Shown here: positions 60,592-63,094 of the stretch, in pieces
How the letters are laid out: every line of letters starts with the position of its first letter
Position numbering within the stretch: position 1 is the stretch's first letter
Assembly: GCF_000002075.1 (NCBI RefSeq)
Contig: NW_004797413.1
Coordinates: 953,455 to 1,016,548, forward strand
DNA length: 63,094 nt
Direction: 5' to 3'
Source of the DNA: Aplysia californica
Lineage: Eukaryota
Program-made: the position numbers and the translations under genes
The notes under the pieces: generated by a model
Told to the model about the DNA's origin: nothing
Databases searched by the model: none
What the model saw: only the letters and a program-made list of their open reading frames with translations

Positions 60592-61871
60592 GTAAGTACG
60601 CTTTTATGACCAGTTCTCTTTATTTGATGGTTTCGAAATCTGTGGAGATGAAGATTATTTGTGTAGGGTTGTGTTTCCATCAAGGATTAAGTTGAGCGCG
60701 GGTGTCTTGAACACATCGATAGTTTACTAATGTGAAGCGTGCTGACAAAATGAGTTACTTCTCACTGTCTGCAAATTCAGATATTGACCATAAATCAACA
60801 CAGGGGTCAAATTTGTTAATTTTCAACTGACGCCACTTTCTTCAAATTAAAAATTGTACAAACTCAACCTATAAATATATCTATGTCCATAGGACTAAAA
60901 TCCAAGAACCAACTCAATTGCCAGCTTACCTTCCAAATGTGTTGGACACATCCATAGTTCGAGTCAACTGATAAATTAAAAATAAAAGATATTGAAGAAA
61001 ATCAAAGGAAGTATACCTGTGACAGTGTAGTGGTAGGAAAATAATCACTACCATCTTGAAAAATATCTCCTATCAGTAAAAAATTTTTGAGATGGGTGTC
61101 GCTGTTCAGCTCTTGTGTAGTACACACATGACAGGGTGCCATCTTGTCATACACATGTGACACTGTGTTGCTCTCATAGTTCAAACATGACTCTGTTCTG
61201 TGCTGCTCTTTAGTACACACACGATGAGGTGCTGTGCTTGTTGTTTTTGTGTGCCCTTTCATTCTTTTGGCTTGGATTTTTTTCAATGTATGCACATGAT
61301 TACTTTGTAGGTTTTATTTATTACTATAAAGTTGCAGAGAGTTGGGGGTTTTTTCCTTGCTTTTCTGTGGGGCTAGAGAAGGTCAATGACTTTACAGTCT
61401 GGGGATTGGTGCATGACTGCTAGTGCCATCAGAGTTTTTATGGATCATACTTCTGTAATTTCCTGGTTAGATTCTTACTGTTTAGTTTCTTACTTTACTC
61501 GTTTGCAAGGTTAGTAAAGCATATCTTTTTATCCCCCTTTTTTTTTTTTTTGCATGTTGATAGGTGGCTGCTTGCCTCTTATTTTATTTCCCTATTTGTC
61601 AGTTTTGTTTTTTCACTCTAAATGAACTTAATCATGGTTGTATACCTTTTTTTTAAATTCAAACCGAACTTAAACAATCATGTCAGTGCCCAGTTTAAAT
61701 AAAGGGGCTGTGTGCCTGGTTTATATAAATACAGTAGGCTCCACTTGTGTTGAATCTAAACTCGCCTGAGTTGATCTTTTTCTCGTGTCCCAGCCCCTCT
61801 TCATCTTCACAAGTTCCAACAGTTAAGTTGATCTTTGGATGAGTTGATTTTTCACTCCTCTGATGACATCA

Positions 61872-62057
61872 TGGGTGGTTGGCGGGTGCTCTGGTGTGGT
61901 TTGCTTCTTCTTTCCTATCAAACATGTATCGTCCTTATCTCCCCTTCTTCTTTTTTATGTTTGTTACTCTCTTGTAACACCTCTAATCTTCTGGCGCTCA
62001 TATGACCTTATGCAGTTGCGAGCGCCGTAACACATCTACTAAAACTTAAACTTAACA
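61872..62057 (+). mobile_element. Family A1 full-length, young copy
   Basis: 12-bp TSD CTGATGACATCA on both flanks. Confidence 0.92.
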
Positions 62058-62592
62058 CTGATGACATCAACTCGTCCATAGTCGACTGTACAAGTACAAT
62101 TATTTTTTTCCTTCTTTGGACTATTTCAATATTTCTTGGCAGTGCTTTACCCCATGATTTGATTGTTAATTGCTCTCATTTGTTTTCTTGTTTTCTAATT
62201 TAAAATGGTCTCAACCCTTTCAAAACTTCACTAGTTTCGTGAACATTTTGTGAACTGCAGATAAAATAGTGTTTTTTCAGTGGCGATAGGTTTTAAGAGG
62301 GGAAAGGGTTGTGCAAAGTTATGTTTTATAATGACTGAGGACTGAGTCATTTTTTTCCTTGAAATTTGGAATGGACAGGACAGCAAAAAGTTTGGAACAG
62401 TTCATAAATTTGTGCAATGCATTTGTTTGGAAATTTCCTGCTGTTTCTTTGCCACAATCTACTCTCCATTTCTAATTATTGTGATGCCCCTTCGTTGTCA
62501 GGCTGTTTTTTACGTGCGTTGTCTTGCTAGTATCAGTAGACGCTACTAATATATCCCCTTCTATTTTTCTTCACTGTTGTAGCTTTACTTTG

Positions 62593-63094
62593 TGGGTGGT
62601 TGGAGGGTGCTCTAGTGTGGTTTGCTCCTTCCTTTCAAACATCTATCGTCCTTAAATCTCTCCTCCTTCTGTTTTGTTTGTTACTCCCTTGTACAAAAGT
62701 AACATCTCTAATCCTCGATCTTCGGCACTTATATATATGACCTTATAGGGTTGCAAGTGCTGATAAACTTTTACTCTTTAGGCCATTCCCAAAGGGGGGA
62801 CATATCTCGTTCAAGCACAGTAGAATTGTAAATGGGCTGATTCATGTCACGCTCATAACTGCCTGATCTACAACAGGGAACTGCTGCTTTTTCTTTCCTG
62901 ATCCTTACTGTTGTCATTTTCCTCTACTTTTTTTCTGTTTGTCACTCCCTTGTGACCTGCTATTTTGGGGTGCCTTGATAGTCGAAGCAGACCGTGTACT
63001 GTTGAAGCTAGGGAGGTGAGCAGTGTAAGTCTGATTCCCTGTAAAGACTTCTCTGTTGACACCCACCCCTTGGCGCTCATATGACCTAATGCAG
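62593..63094 (+). mobile_element. Family A1 copy (62593-~62776) directly followed by a family A2 copy running off the window
   Basis: A1 body and tail, then TTTAGGCCATTCCCAAAGGGGG...GGCGCTCATATGACCTAATGCAG. Confidence 0.85.

Noticed and set aside
61992-62035. Hammerhead ribozyme in the A1/A2 tail
   Set aside because: It lacks the CUGANGA and GAAA core; a simple LINE-type 3' stem-loop fits better.

Overview
Eukaryotic (invertebrate, probably lophotrochozoan/mollusc-like; species not determinable here) intron-rich genomic DNA with four N-gaps (9048-9280, 21343-21442, 37923-38132, 42064-42192). It holds four housekeeping genes as two head-to-head pairs: FAM98 (-, 11 coding exons) / PSMD8-Rpn12 (+, 8 exons, 266 aa), and SLC39A9-ZIP9 (-, 6 exons, 327 aa, one GC-AG intron) / ERH (+, exons 2-3 seen; last exon not found in the window). 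Introns and intergenic DNA are dense with short non-autonomous elements: tRNA-SINEs, two related tRNA-less retroposon families sharing one 3' stem-loop tail, a bipartite RTE element plus a fossil 3' end of its partner LINE, and hAT-, MULE-, piggyBac- and Tc1-like MITEs, several of them nested. The most unusual signal is repeated duplication of splice sites. The strongest case is an array in FAM98 intron 10 of nine extra copies of the exon-10 end plus donor, most with an AG acceptor and a 3n length. The FAM98-PSMD8-SLC39A9-ERH order may be an ancient microsyntenic block. Most entries in the supplied ORF track are spurious. Gene identities come from my own splicing/translation and recalled orthologue sequences, not from a database search.
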